Source of the DNA: Candidatus Bathyarchaeota archaeon
Lineage (GTDB): Archaea > Thermoproteota > Bathyarchaeia > Bathyarchaeales > Bathycorpusculaceae
Direction: 5' to 3'
DNA: 64,000 nucleotides
Assembly: GCA_963767735.1 (NCBI GenBank)
Contig: CAVYES010000006.1
Span: forward strand, 416,001-480,000
In this document: positions 30,821-41,513 of the stretch, piece after piece
Layout of the letters: each line of letters begins with the position of its first letter
Position numbering within the stretch: the stretch's first letter is position 1
Program-made: the position numbers and the translations under genes
The notes under the pieces: model-generated
Told to the model about the DNA's origin: nothing
The model's input: the letters and a program-made list of their open reading frames with translations, nothing else
Databases searched by the model: none

Positions 30821-30948
30821 ACACCCGCCACTAAACTAAACTTTTTATTATTTTCTTTAAGGAAGCATTTGAGGTTAATTTTTTGAAACCAATGAAAAGC
30901 CGCATTTAACTTTAAGCAGCGATTTAACTAAAGCGTTATAGCGTAATG

Positions 30949-30977
30949 TTTAAAACGTATATACTCAGTGTATATAC
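30949..30977 (+). promoter_or_regulatory. TATA box with tandem GTATATAC palindromes (probable antitoxin operator)
   Basis: TTTAAAA followed by GTATATAC at 30957 and 30970, just before the antitoxin ATG. Confidence 0.6.
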
Positions 30978-30987
30978 TTTGAGTATT

Positions 30988-31242
30988 ATGGAACAAACAG
31001 AATTGAAACAATCAGCTAAGGAACAAACAGTAATTACAGTAAAGATTCCTAAAGAAATGAAGAAAAAAATGAAGCAAATCGACGTTAATTGGAGCGAATA
31101 CATACGTGAGTGCGTTCAAAAGAAAATAGCCCAGGAAAAAAAGAGAGCGGCATTCGATAAGTTGGATGAAATTCGAAAACGGAGTAAGCCAACATCAACT
31201 GAAGAAATTGTAGCATGGATCCGCGAAGGCAGGGAGCGATAA
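30988..31242 (+). CDS. vapB: RHH antitoxin (VapB-like)
   Basis: VITVKIPKEMKKKM...VNWSEYIRE...WIREGRER; lies directly before a PIN gene. Confidence 0.85.
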   Translation: MEQTELKQSAKEQTVITVKIPKEMKKKMKQIDVNWSEYIRECVQKKIAQEKKRAAFDKLDEIRKRSKPTSTEEIVAWIREGRER

Positions 31243-31678
31243 CTTCACGTCTAGTTATATCGTCGATGCCTGTATCGTTGTGAAATGGCTATTACCTGGC
31301 GAGTCATATCAGGAAAACGCAGACAGATTAAAAGAAGATATAAAATACTCAAAAAAAGAAATGTTTGCTCCTTCCTTTATGACCCAAGAAGTCGCAAACG
31401 CATTATGGGTAGCAATAAAACTTGGAAGAATAACTCAAGAGGATGCTCAAAAAGCACTATCAAATTCTGATGAATTACAGATAAATCTTTATGATTTTAA
31501 CTGGACGGAAGTTTCTGGTGAACTTGCAATAGCCTGTCGACTTGACTTAACGATTTATGATGCAGCTTATCTTTTCCTTTCTGAAAAGATGAACACTCAA
31601 TTCATCACTGCTGACGATAAAATGTATAAAAAAGCTAAAGGACACTTTAAAGTTCTTCACTTAATGGATTATGTTTAA
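31232..31678 (+). CDS. vapC: PIN-domain toxin (VapC-like), start codon unclear
   Basis: The frame reads YIVDACIVVKW...EVANAL...TIYDAAY...TADDK. The first catalytic Asp lies upstream of the track start at 31280. Confidence 0.8.
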   Translation, partial: GSDNFTSSYIVDACIVVKWLLPGESYQENADRLKEDIKYSKKEMFAPSFMTQEVANALWVAIKLGRITQEDAQKALSNSDELQINLYDFNWTEVSGELAIACRLDLTIYDAAYLFLSEKMNTQFITADDKMYKKAKGHFKVLHLMDYV

Positions 31679-31738
31679 TGCTTTCTCAGGTTCTAAATTT
31701 ATAACTTACATATCTAATTCATTATGGGCGGTATGGCT

Positions 31739-33541
31739 ATGACACGAATTGCTGTGCTTAATCAGGACAAATGCAAGGTTAAAAAATGTAACCAAGTTTG
31801 CGTTAGCTTCTGCCCTATGGTTCGAAGCAGAGTGGAAGCCATCAGGGTTGAAGGAGACAAAGCAGTCATATCGGAAACGCTCTGCAGCGGCTGCGGGATA
31901 TGCGTTAAAAAATGCCCCTTCAAAGCCATAAGCATCGTTAACTTGCCTGATGAGCTGGAGAAAGACTGCAGCCACCGTTTCGGAGAAAACAGCTTCAAAC
32001 TTTTCCGTTTACCCATGCCTTCGCCTGGCACGGTGCTGGGTTTGATTGGGCAAAACGGTATCGGCAAAAGCACTACGCTGAAGGTTTTTTCAGGCGAAAT
32101 TAAACCTAACCTTGGCAAATACGATGACCCGCCTGATTGGCCAGAGATAATCCAGTACTATCGAGGGTCAAGCCTGCAGGATTACTTCCAAAAATTGAGT
32201 GAAAAAAAACTCAAGGTCAGCAGCAAACCCCAGTACGTGGATAAGATTCCCAAAGCGGTCAGTGGCAAAGTCGGCGATTTGCTAGAAAAGGTTGATGAGA
32301 GAGGTCAGCTTGATGCACTTTCAGAGGAGCTTGAACTCAAAACAGTTTGGGATAGACCACTAGAAGTGCTTAGCGGCGGGGAGCTTCAGCGCGTTGCGGT
32401 TGCGGCGGCGCTTAGCCGCGAGGCAGATGTTTACCTTTTCGATGAGCCATCAAGCTACTTGGACGTGAAGCAGAGGCTTGTTGTCGCAAAAACCATACGC
32501 AGCCTAAAAGAGCAGCAAAAAACAATAATTGTAGCTGAACATGACTTAGCCATCATCGATTACCTGTCTGACCAAATCTGCCTCTTCTACGGTGAACCAG
32601 GCGTCTATGGAGTTGTCTCCCATGTGCATGGCGTTCGAACAGGCATTAACATTTACCTGCAAGGCTACATTCCAGACGAAAACATAATGTTCCGCAAAGA
32701 AGCCATCATTTTCCATGAGAAACCCCCGACCGCAGGCACCAACCTAAACGAACCGCTATTGAAATGGGACAGCATGACGAAAACTTTCAAGGGCTTCAAA
32801 CTATCCATTGAACCAGGCGAGATTAAGATGGGCGAAATCGTCGGCATCTTAGGACCCAACGGTATCGGAAAAACCACTTTCGTAAAAATTCTCGCTGGAC
32901 TAGAAGAAACCGACGAGAAACAGAAGCTTGGCGAGTTAAAGGTCAGCTACAAACCCCAGTACATTGCACCTGACTACACAGGCACGGTTCTGGAGCTGCT
33001 TATGAGTGTGGCTAAAGAAAACTTTACATCCAGCTGGTACAAAACTGAGATTGCCCAGCCGCTGCGGCTTCAGGTTTTGATGGACAGAAATGTAATGGAG
33101 CTTAGCGGTGGTGAACTGCAGAAAGTCGCCATCGCCGCCTGCCTAAGCCGTAAACCCGACCTGTATCTTCTTGACGAACCAAGCGCGTACTTAGATGTTG
33201 AAGAACGATTGAACATGGCTAAAACACTTCGGCGCGTTGTTGAAGCGCACGGCATACCCGCATTCGTAGTTGAACACGACGTTGTCACCCAAGACTTCAT
33301 AGCCGACAGACTGATGGTCTTCAACGGCGAACCAGGCGTAAGCGGCTTAGCTAATCCGCCAACCAGCCTACGAAAAGGCATGAACACCTTCCTCAAAGAA
33401 ATGAACATCACCTTCCGCAGAGACTCAATCACCATGCGACCCAGAGTAAACAAGGAAGCCTCACAAATGGACAAATTCCAAAAAGGAATCGGCGAATACT
33501 ACTACACAAAAACAACCAAACCCGAAGCCGCCAAAAAATAA
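31739..33541 (+). CDS. rli: Ribosome recycling ATPase ABCE1/RLI
   Basis: N-terminal 2x4Fe-4S cysteines, two ABC domains (GQNGIGKS, GPNGIGKT, LSGGELQ) and GEYYY. Confidence 0.96.
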   Translation: MTRIAVLNQDKCKVKKCNQVCVSFCPMVRSRVEAIRVEGDKAVISETLCSGCGICVKKCPFKAISIVNLPDELEKDCSHRFGENSFKLFRLPMPSPGTVLGLIGQNGIGKSTTLKVFSGEIKPNLGKYDDPPDWPEIIQYYRGSSLQDYFQKLSEKKLKVSSKPQYVDKIPKAVSGKVGDLLEKVDERGQLDALSEELELKTVWDRPLEVLSGGELQRVAVAAALSREADVYLFDEPSSYLDVKQRLVVAKTIRSLKEQQKTIIVAEHDLAIIDYLSDQICLFYGEPGVYGVVSHVHGVRTGINIYLQGYIPDENIMFRKEAIIFHEKPPTAGTNLNEPLLKWDSMTKTFKGFKLSIEPGEIKMGEIVGILGPNGIGKTTFVKILAGLEETDEKQKLGELKVSYKPQYIAPDYTGTVLELLMSVAKENFTSSWYKTEIAQPLRLQVLMDRNVMELSGGELQKVAIAACLSRKPDLYLLDEPSAYLDVEERLNMAKTLRRVVEAHGIPAFVVEHDVVTQDFIADRLMVFNGEPGVSGLANPPTSLRKGMNTFLKEMNITFRRDSITMRPRVNKEASQMDKFQKGIGEYYYTKTTKPEAAKK

Positions 33542-33741
33542 ATTGACGTAATTTCACATTCAAGAAAACTAATCTTCTCTATTTATACAATTTTAAAGCA
33601 AAAGTCAACATTTCTCAACCTACTGCCCTCTACACAATCAAAGGTTTTTCCCGCAAAGTGCAGTTAACTTAAAGAACAAGCAGCAAATATACTAAGCAAT
33701 CTGCAATAACAATACAAGGAAAAGAGTGGTGTAAGCAGCAA

Positions 33742-35368
33742 GTGGCTCAAGCAACCTTTGAAGAGATAAGCGCATCCGACTTTTTCTATCGAAACAGAGA
33801 CATTGCAGGCTTAACTAACCCTTCACGCGCTGTCTTCGTTGCTATACGAGAAATTGTTGAGAACTCCTTAGATGCGGCTGAAAGCCAAAAAATTCCTCCA
33901 GACATTTACGTTCGTTTATCTTATGAAGGAGAAGCTACCAAAGAAACTCAAATCTACAAACTTCGAGTAGAAGACAACGGCAGCGGAATTCAGCCAAGGT
34001 TTATTCCCTCAGCTTTTGGTCAAGTTCTCTATGGCAGCAAATACAAACTCAAACAAACCAGAGGCACATTTGGCTTAGGCGGAAAAATGGCTGTTCTCTA
34101 CGGGCAAGTCACCACTCACCAACCAGCCTACGTAACCTCATCCACTGGCCAAGCAAAAATTTACAGTTTCAAATTAATGATTGACATCCAAAGAAACCGC
34201 CCAATAATTCTCGACCGCAAAGTCCTAATCAACAAGGATAATTGGCGTGGAACCATCGTTGAGTTTTCTCTTGAAGGCGATTATCTTAGGGCAATGCCAA
34301 AAATTCTTGATTATTTCAAGCAAACGGCGATGGTTAATCCATACGCGAATTTGACATTTGTTGACCCCAAAGGAAGACTCTACAAGTTTACCCGTGCCAC
34401 CTCCGAGATGCCTGAGCCACCAACAGAAATATTGCCACATCCCTACGGCGTTGACGTGGAACTGCTGCAACGACTAATCCAAATTACAACTTTCAACAAT
34501 ATGGAGGATTTTTTAAGAGGACATTTTCACCGAGTTGGCGGAGTAACTGCTGTCAAATTTTTGATTTCTGCAAATTTAATTTCCTTTTCCTGCAGCGAAC
34601 ATGGTAAAATTGAGTACGATCAAATAAAGTGGGTTGACAACCGACCCATTTGCCCCAAATGCGGAAAGGTCATGCAATCCAGTTCCAAGAACCCGAAGAA
34701 ACTTTCCCATGAAGAAATTGTGCGGTTAATGCAGAACCTAAAGAAGTACAAGGATTTCTTGCCGCCAGACGCCAGTTGCCTCTCGCCTTTAGGCGAGGAT
34801 TTGCTCAGAGCTGGCGTTATGAAAGAGTTAAACCCCGAGTACCTTGTGGTTCATCAGCGTAAACCATCCACTTACTGCCGGTCACCCATTCATCATTGAA
34901 ATGGCAATCGCTTATGGCGGTGGAGTGCCAAAACGTGGTTCTTTTGTTATTTACCGTTTTGCTAACAAAATTCCCCTGCTCTATGATGAAGCAAGCGATG
35001 TTTCTTACCGAGTGATCTCAGCCATGAACTGGCGACGCTACAAAGTGTCACCTGACATGCCAATAGCTATAGTTGTTCATATTTGCAGCACAAAAGTTCC
35101 ATACAAGACGGTTGGAAAAGAATTCATCGCTGACCGCCCCGAAGTACGCCGTGAAGAAGCAAATGCTCTGCGTGAAGTTGCCCGTCAGCTTCAGCATTTT
35201 CTGTCACGTCAAGAGCACGTTCACATGGAAAAGAAACGTTTGGGAATTTTCAGCAAGTACCTACCTAAAATTGCGCAGTTTTCTGCAACCTTAGCAGGGG
35301 AAAAGCGTGTGCCAGATATCGAAAAACTATTGAAGAGTGTGCAAAAGTATGGCGCAGAAGAAAGCTAA
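33742..35368 (+). CDS. top6B: DNA topoisomerase VI subunit B (frameshift near 34876)
   Basis: EIVENSLDA, EDNGSGI and RGTFGLG (GHKL fold). The second frame continues GHPFIIE...RFANKIPLLYD...KVPYKTVGKE. Confidence 0.92.
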
Positions 35369-36431
35369 GATAATTGAAAAACAAAACGAAGTCATCGCTG
35401 GTCTTCGCGATTTTGGAACCAAAATTTACAATCAGCTAGATCAAGGTGTTTTTCCAACCATTAACATGCCCAGCCGTTCCACTGAAAACATCAATTATGA
35501 CCCAGCACTTCGGCAATACATTTTTGGTGAGAAAATCGTTAGCCGAAGCGCCCGCAACATCCGTCACATTAAACCCTTCACTCAGCTTGCTTGGGCAGCA
35601 ATGTTTAGTAATGAACTTACAAGCCAACGCAAAACCAGCACGCTAAGAGACGTTTACTATTCGGCTCAGGCCTACGAGATGACCTTCACTGACCAGCAGG
35701 AATCTAACAACATCATCACCGACTTAGAAACATTAACTGGGTTTGCCCGAGAAGACTTTCACATTTTTCCAGAAGAGCGAAGCGCAATTTTCGGCGACTT
35801 AGACATCGGCTACACAGTTCCCGGTTATGAAGGAAAAACGTTGAATTTAACCAGCCACCCAGATGGCGTGTTGATTGGTCCAGCCTTAACTTCATCCGAA
35901 CTCATTCACACCAGAGCCGACAAAGTCATCGCCATCGAGAAAGGCGCCCTTTTCACAAGATTCATCGAAGAAAACGTGCACAACAAACATCAGGCCCTGC
36001 TGATTTCATGCGGTGGACAAGCGCCAAGACAAACCCGAAGCTTCATCCGCCGCCTGCACGACGAGCTGAATCTGCCAGTCTACATTTTGACTGACGGGGA
36101 CCCATGGGGAATGCACATCGCCCAAGTCATCATTTCCGGCTCAGCTAACGCGGCGCACCTTCGAGAGCTAAACACGCCTGACGCTGTTTGGAGCGGAGTT
36201 TGGGCAAGCGACATAATTGAGTACAAGCTGCCGACTGACCCGTTGGACGAAGTGGACATCAAACGATTATACGAGTTACAGAAGGATCCAAGATACCAAA
36301 ACGATCCCCTGTGGCAGAGAGAAATAAAGCTCTTCCTAAAAATAAAGAGAAAGGCTGAGCAAGAAGCTTTCAGCCGCTACGGTTTAACTTACATAGTTGA
36401 TGAATATTTACCTACTAAACTCAAAAGCTAG
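35349..36431 (+). CDS. top6A: DNA topoisomerase VI subunit A
   Basis: STLRDVYY (catalytic Tyr), IAIEK, TDGDPWG (TOPRIM) and KAEQEA. Confidence 0.95.
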   Translation: MAQKKAKIIEKQNEVIAGLRDFGTKIYNQLDQGVFPTINMPSRSTENINYDPALRQYIFGEKIVSRSARNIRHIKPFTQLAWAAMFSNELTSQRKTSTLRDVYYSAQAYEMTFTDQQESNNIITDLETLTGFAREDFHIFPEERSAIFGDLDIGYTVPGYEGKTLNLTSHPDGVLIGPALTSSELIHTRADKVIAIEKGALFTRFIEENVHNKHQALLISCGGQAPRQTRSFIRRLHDELNLPVYILTDGDPWGMHIAQVIISGSANAAHLRELNTPDAVWSGVWASDIIEYKLPTDPLDEVDIKRLYELQKDPRYQNDPLWQREIKLFLKIKRKAEQEAFSRYGLTYIVDEYLPTKLKS

Positions 36432-36435
36432 ATCG

Positions 36436-36879
36436 CTACATCATTGGCGCTGCTGCTGGCGCTGTTTCCATTGCCTTTGGCATTTCTTGCCAGATTTTTA
36501 TCATTGCCTCGTCGTTTTTCGTCATGCCCTCAACCCATGCTTTAGTATTGTTTAGCCAACTGAGCCTCGGCGAGTTTGTCATGTAAGTTATTTCGCCTTT
36601 GAAGCTGCCTTCCATTGCTTTCTCTTGTTTTCCTGTCCCTTTGCCCCATATCATTATAACGTCGCCTTCTTTGGTCATTTCCATCGCGCGAACATCCCAC
36701 TCATTTGTCCCATCCATCTTTACCTTTACATCAACAGTTTCCATGTGGGTAGCGTGATATTTTCCTTTAAATTCTCCCATTGAATTGTATTGAATCATTG
36801 CGCCGTCTGCAGAGAATTCTTTGATGATTGTAGCTTGAGTTTTTTCCTTTATTTCGCCTAACATTTCCTTTTTTTCCAT
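36436..36879 (-). CDS. Hypothetical beta-barrel protein
   Basis: 147-aa Met-rich ORF with GGTG SD; TNSPRLSWLNNT resembles DUF3237-like barrels. Confidence 0.65.
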   Translation of the reverse strand: MEKKEMLGEIKEKTQATIIKEFSADGAMIQYNSMGEFKGKYHATHMETVDVKVKMDGTNEWDVRAMEMTKEGDVIMIWGKGTGKQEKAMEGSFKGEITYMTNSPRLSWLNNTKAWVEGMTKNDEAMIKIWQEMPKAMETAPAAAPMM

Positions 36880-37123
36880 TCAAAACACCATTGCCTAAAA
36901 ACCGATGACACGATTTATGTCTATGTGACTGTACCATCACATCAACAATCGGTTTAGCAGGGGATTGCGGTTAGCTGTTTGTTACATAAACATTTGTGGG
37001 AAACAAAACTCCTAAATTAAACCTGAGTTAAATATTCTCGAATCATGTTTGACAACAAATAATTTAAAATAACCCAACTTGTTTAATGTAGCCATTAAAA
37101 CGGAGAGACAGGGCGTAAACACT

Positions 37124-37324
37124 ATGAGTGAAGAAGGAGACACATTCTTTGTAAACCTAGCCGAGAAGCTATTCGGAGTTGCCTTAATTATAGTCGGGGC
37201 AATAATGCTTTATCTTACCGCAAGCACAAGCGCACTTGGCGCATTCAGCGTATTATTCGGCATCCTAAGCGTCATAATGCTGGTTATCGGTCTTTTCCTG
37301 CTTCTCGTGAGAGCATCTGAATAA
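37124..37324 (+). CDS. Small two-TM membrane protein
   Basis: Two hydrophobic helices after MSEEGDTF. Confidence 0.65.
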   Translation: MSEEGDTFFVNLAEKLFGVALIIVGAIMLYLTASTSALGAFSVLFGILSVIMLVIGLFLLLVRASE

Positions 37325-37507
37325 CGCATCTACTCTTATCAATCACAAAATAATAATTAGCGACAAACCCTGCAAAATTTCTGATTCTCTTCAGCCAAAA
37401 GTAAAAATAACGCTTTTTCACAAACCACTGAAAAGGTGTAGTTAGGGTTATAAACTAAAAAAACATTATGACACGTAGATAACTTATCGTGGAAAGTGAA
37501 TTCATTT

Positions 37508-39292
37508 ATGCCCACCCGCCAACCAATAGTTTGCGTATTAGGACACGTAGATGCAGGGAAAACCTCGCTTCTTGATGAACTGAGAAAAACCAGTGTGCAA
37601 GCACGTGAAGCAGGAGGAATGACGCAGCATATCGGCGCAAGCTTTTTCCCCGTTGAAACGCTCAAACAACTAATCGGGCCATATATGGCTAGCTTTAAAA
37701 CAGGCATAGAAATCCCTGGTCTTCTGATTGTTGACACGCCTGGGCATGAGGCTTTTACCAACTTGAGGCGCAGAGGTGGAAGCGTCGCGGACATAGCGAT
37801 ACTTGTGGTGAATGCGATAAAGGGTTTTGAGGCTCAGACTTTTGAGTGTATAGAGATTTTGAAAGCTCGCAAAACCCCCTTTATTGTTGCGGTTAATCAG
37901 ATTGACCGGATTCCAGGGTGGGTGCCTCAGCAGGGGGCACCTTTTTTGAAGTCTTACGCTTCCCAGTCAATTTTTGTACGCGAAGCGCTGGATAACCGTT
38001 TGTACCAAGTTATGGGAGAATTTTCTCGTTTAGGTTTCAAGACAGACCGTTTTGACCATATTCGGGATTTCACTGTCAACGTGGCTTTGGTGCCGACCAG
38101 CGCCAAAACCGGCGAAGGCTTATCGGAGCTGGTTATGGTTTTGGTTGGGTTGAGTCAGCAGTTTCTAAAGAAGCGTTTGCAGACAACAGAGGGTGCAGCT
38201 AAGGGTTCGGTGCTTGAGGTAAAGGATGAACCTGGTTTAGGTTTAACGTTAAACACGATTATTTACGATGGCACATTACATAAGGATGACTTGATTGTTG
38301 TTGGTGGACGCAACGGAGCAATTATGGCTCGAGTGCGGGCGATTTTGGTGCCAAAGCCGCTGGATGAGATGAGGGATCCACGGGACAAGTTTACTTCGGT
38401 TGATTGTGTTTTCGCCAGCGCGGGTGTTAAAATAGTTGCTCCTGATTTGGAAGGAGCTTTAGCTGGTGCACCGTTGTTCGCTGTGCCAATTGGTGAGGAC
38501 CCTGCAAGCTATGCTAAGCTTATCACTGAAGAAATTGGCAGAATCAGAATTGCCAAAGAAATTGAGGGTGTCATTGTTAAGGCTGACACGCTTGGCTCTT
38601 TAGAAGCTATGGCGGAGATTTTGAAGGCTAACAATGTGCAGATTCGAATCGCGGATGTCGGCGACATAAGTAAACGTGACGTAATCGAAGCATCCGTAGT
38701 TAAGACGCGTGAGCCATTGGTTGGCGCAATTTTGGCGTTCGGCGTTAAAACATTGCCTGACGCTGCGGAGGAAGCCGCCGCTAATGGCATCCCGATTTTC
38801 AACCAGCCCATCATTTACAATCTGATAGAGGCCTATGTGCAGTGGGCTAAAAACAAGCGCGAAACAAAAAGTGAGGCAGAATTTGATGCTCTTGTGAAGC
38901 CTGGAAAAGTTACGGTTTTGCCCAACTGCATCTTCCACAGGGCTAAGCCTTTAGTTGTCGGCGTGGAGGTGCTAGGAGGCAGAATAAAACCGAAAGTTGG
39001 GCTTATGCGTGCAGAAGACAGTAGCGATTTAGGCGATGTTGACCAGATTCAGGATCAAGGCAAAGCAGTGCCAGAAGCCAAAGTCGGCATGCAGGTGGCA
39101 ATTTCGATGGATAAGCCGATTGCAGGCAGGCACGTGTTTGAAAAAGACATTTTGTACGTGAAGGTGCCAGAAAAGGACGCAAAAGCATTGTTGACAGCAC
39201 ATTCAAATGATTTGACGGCAGATGAGCAGGAAGTGCTCAAAGAGTACATAGCGCTTATGCGAAAGAAGACGCTGTTTTGGGCCGGAGTTTAA
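37508..39292 (+). CDS. infB: Translation initiation factor aIF5B (IF-2)
   Basis: RQPIVCVLGHVDAGKT, TQHIGAS, DTPGHEAF and KADTLGSLEA. Confidence 0.96.
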   Translation: MPTRQPIVCVLGHVDAGKTSLLDELRKTSVQAREAGGMTQHIGASFFPVETLKQLIGPYMASFKTGIEIPGLLIVDTPGHEAFTNLRRRGGSVADIAILVVNAIKGFEAQTFECIEILKARKTPFIVAVNQIDRIPGWVPQQGAPFLKSYASQSIFVREALDNRLYQVMGEFSRLGFKTDRFDHIRDFTVNVALVPTSAKTGEGLSELVMVLVGLSQQFLKKRLQTTEGAAKGSVLEVKDEPGLGLTLNTIIYDGTLHKDDLIVVGGRNGAIMARVRAILVPKPLDEMRDPRDKFTSVDCVFASAGVKIVAPDLEGALAGAPLFAVPIGEDPASYAKLITEEIGRIRIAKEIEGVIVKADTLGSLEAMAEILKANNVQIRIADVGDISKRDVIEASVVKTREPLVGAILAFGVKTLPDAAEEAAANGIPIFNQPIIYNLIEAYVQWAKNKRETKSEAEFDALVKPGKVTVLPNCIFHRAKPLVVGVEVLGGRIKPKVGLMRAEDSSDLGDVDQIQDQGKAVPEAKVGMQVAISMDKPIAGRHVFEKDILYVKVPEKDAKALLTAHSNDLTADEQEVLKEYIALMRKKTLFWAGV

Positions 39293-39590
39293 AAAAAATA
39301 TTTGTTGACGAAATCAGACAGTCAAAATGAGTACCCCAACCTCCTTTTTTAGTGGCTTGTTTTGGGTTGTTTTTTCGGTTTAGGTTTAAAGCATTTGCTG
39401 GTTGCGGTGAAAAAAGGCTATAAATGGTAAAAAAAGGTGGAAAAAGAGTTGCCTATGAATCACGTTCGAAATAATTTAAAAATAGAATTTTTAAACTTAG
39501 CTGTGAAGACGTCGTTAGAGTTTTTTCCTTGAACGTTTTTTCAATGAAGAACGATAGAAAACGATAAAATAACCGTTATTTGCAGTTTCC

Positions 39591-39884
39591 TTAGCCGCCG
39601 CCTACTGGGGGAAGAATCGCTAGTACATCGCCGTTTTTTAGTTCTGTTTTTAACCCGTTTAATGTTGATGTGCTGGTTCCGTTAATGAGGAATTGGAGGA
39701 AATTTTTGGGTTGCCCCGTTTTGCTGTCGTAGACGTATTCTGTGAAGGGTTTTCCGTATTTTTGAGAGATCGTTTTAAGAACCGAATCAACAGTAACTTT
39801 TTCTCCCCCAGTAAACGTTAGAGTTTCTTCTCTTTTGTTAACGATTTCCCTCAGATTAGTAAAGAAGCGAATTTTAACTTCCAC
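39591..39884 (-). CDS. MoaD/SAMP ubiquitin-like sulfur carrier
   Basis: Beta-grasp pattern ending ILPPVGGG. Confidence 0.9.
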   Translation of the reverse strand: MEVKIRFFTNLREIVNKREETLTFTGGEKVTVDSVLKTISQKYGKPFTEYVYDSKTGQPKNFLQFLINGTSTSTLNGLKTELKNGDVLAILPPVGGG

Positions 39885-40457
39885 TACTGGTACACCAACA
39901 GGTTACATATAGAAAAATTGTGAAAAATAACCATTATGCAATAGGCAGCTCTTTTCAAAAAACAAATAATCAATTGCGGATAAATGAACATTTCTCGTCG
40001 TCGAAAAAATATTTTTTAATATAGCAAGTTCTCTTTAATGGGCGAGGGGTTTGGCTGAGACTCTGGAGAACTTCTAGGAGATAAAATGCAAAATCTTCCA
40101 CGACTATGGCTATTCGTGAATTTTCTCTCCAGAGTCTCGTCAGCCAATAAAGTGAAATTCGCTAATGCTATATATATTTTTTCCCAATTAAACCATAAAT
40201 GGGAAATAAATCAATAAATATTTGCGTAAAAGTTTAAAAAGGAGAAAAAATAGGCTGAAAAAACTCAAAGTTTTTGAATAATTAAATAAAAGAGCCCTCA
40301 AGGCAAAAATATACTGGAAAAACCGGTTTATTTATTAAATATTAAATATCTGTTAAAAAACAAACACCCTGCTTCGCAAAATAAAAAGAACATTTAAAAA
40401 ATCTAAAGTGGCAATTAACATATTGGCGATAAGAAAAAACTGGGGCGGGCTTAGAGA

Positions 40458-41222
40458 ATGAAGTTAAGTTTGTCTAACGGGATTTTTAGCAGGCTGAGCT
40501 TAGATGGGAATTTTGCGGCTGTTAAGCAGCTTGGTTTTGAGAACATTGAATTTAACATGAAATCGGTAAAGAAAGAGAGAGACACAGATGTTTATCGGGA
40601 GCAGAAAGCGCTAGCTGCTTCTGGACTGAACTGTTTAACGCTTCACTCCGCCATCCTGCACGTAAAAAACCCCATCGAAGTCCACAGGGCAGTTTACTTC
40701 GGGAAAATATCCCTCGAATGCGCTCACGCCCTTGGTGCGCCGCTTATGACCGTGCACTCGAACGTTTCAAAAAAGTTGCCTCAGCCTGTTAGAGCGCAGT
40801 GTCTGTCTGAAATTTTCGGCGAAATCAAACCGTTTGCGAAACGGCTGGGGATAAAATTGTCTTTGGAGAACTTGTCTTATAATTCGACAGGTTTTGGAAA
40901 AAACGTCGAAGAACTTGAGGAAGTGCTAAACGTTATTGACGACGGCAACATGGGAATAACGTTTGATCTGTGCCATGCGCTGGAAAGCAAAGAAACAAAC
41001 AACCTTCTTGAGAAATATGGAGGGCGCATCTTCAACGTTCACATGGCCAATAAATCGCATGAACCCTTCACCGCAGCAAAACCAGAACTCACAAACTTCC
41101 TCTCTAAACTGCACGGTTATAGCTATGACGGTCCTATCACCCTGGAGTTAGACCATAAAACAACCATGGAGGACATCGCGAAAAGCAAAGCTCTTTTTGA
41201 CATACTGTTAAAAGAATTTTAG
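40458..41222 (+). CDS. Sugar phosphate isomerase/epimerase (AP endonuclease 2 TIM barrel)
   Basis: LSLENL, TFDLCHA, VHM and ITLE metal-ligand pattern. Confidence 0.8.
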   Translation: MKLSLSNGIFSRLSLDGNFAAVKQLGFENIEFNMKSVKKERDTDVYREQKALAASGLNCLTLHSAILHVKNPIEVHRAVYFGKISLECAHALGAPLMTVHSNVSKKLPQPVRAQCLSEIFGEIKPFAKRLGIKLSLENLSYNSTGFGKNVEELEEVLNVIDDGNMGITFDLCHALESKETNNLLEKYGGRIFNVHMANKSHEPFTAAKPELTNFLSKLHGYSYDGPITLELDHKTTMEDIAKSKALFDILLKEF

Positions 41223-41513
41223 CTGTTTTTAACTTTACTCTGTACTCAAAAGTTGAGCTTGCAGAAATAATCAAAGTTAAAGTCACGGGTTAAAAAAACC
41301 TTTTTTCTTGTCTTTATAAGCGTGAGCCTTCATCATGTAGCTGAAGAGTTTCTTTTGTTCTCTGGCTGACCTCTGAGTCACTGATTCTTTTCGTATACAA
41401 CTACAAGAAGGGTAAAAAAATACATGTACATTAAGAGCGAAGCATCGGCTCTGAAAGAAGATAAGCGAGAAATTTCTCGCAAAAAACAAGGAACGAAAAC
41501 GAAGGGTTCAATT

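Noticed and set aside
30180-30824. ORFs 30180-30476, 30495-30824 and 30592-30774
   Set aside because: They read through repeat or low-complexity DNA and have no SD or domain signal.
34860-34900. Programmed frameshift or split top6B
   Set aside because: There is one extra base in the conserved TY(S/A)GHPF, with no slippery site. Similar single-base shifts at about 1615, 13585, 24135-24330 and 50950 point to assembly indel errors.
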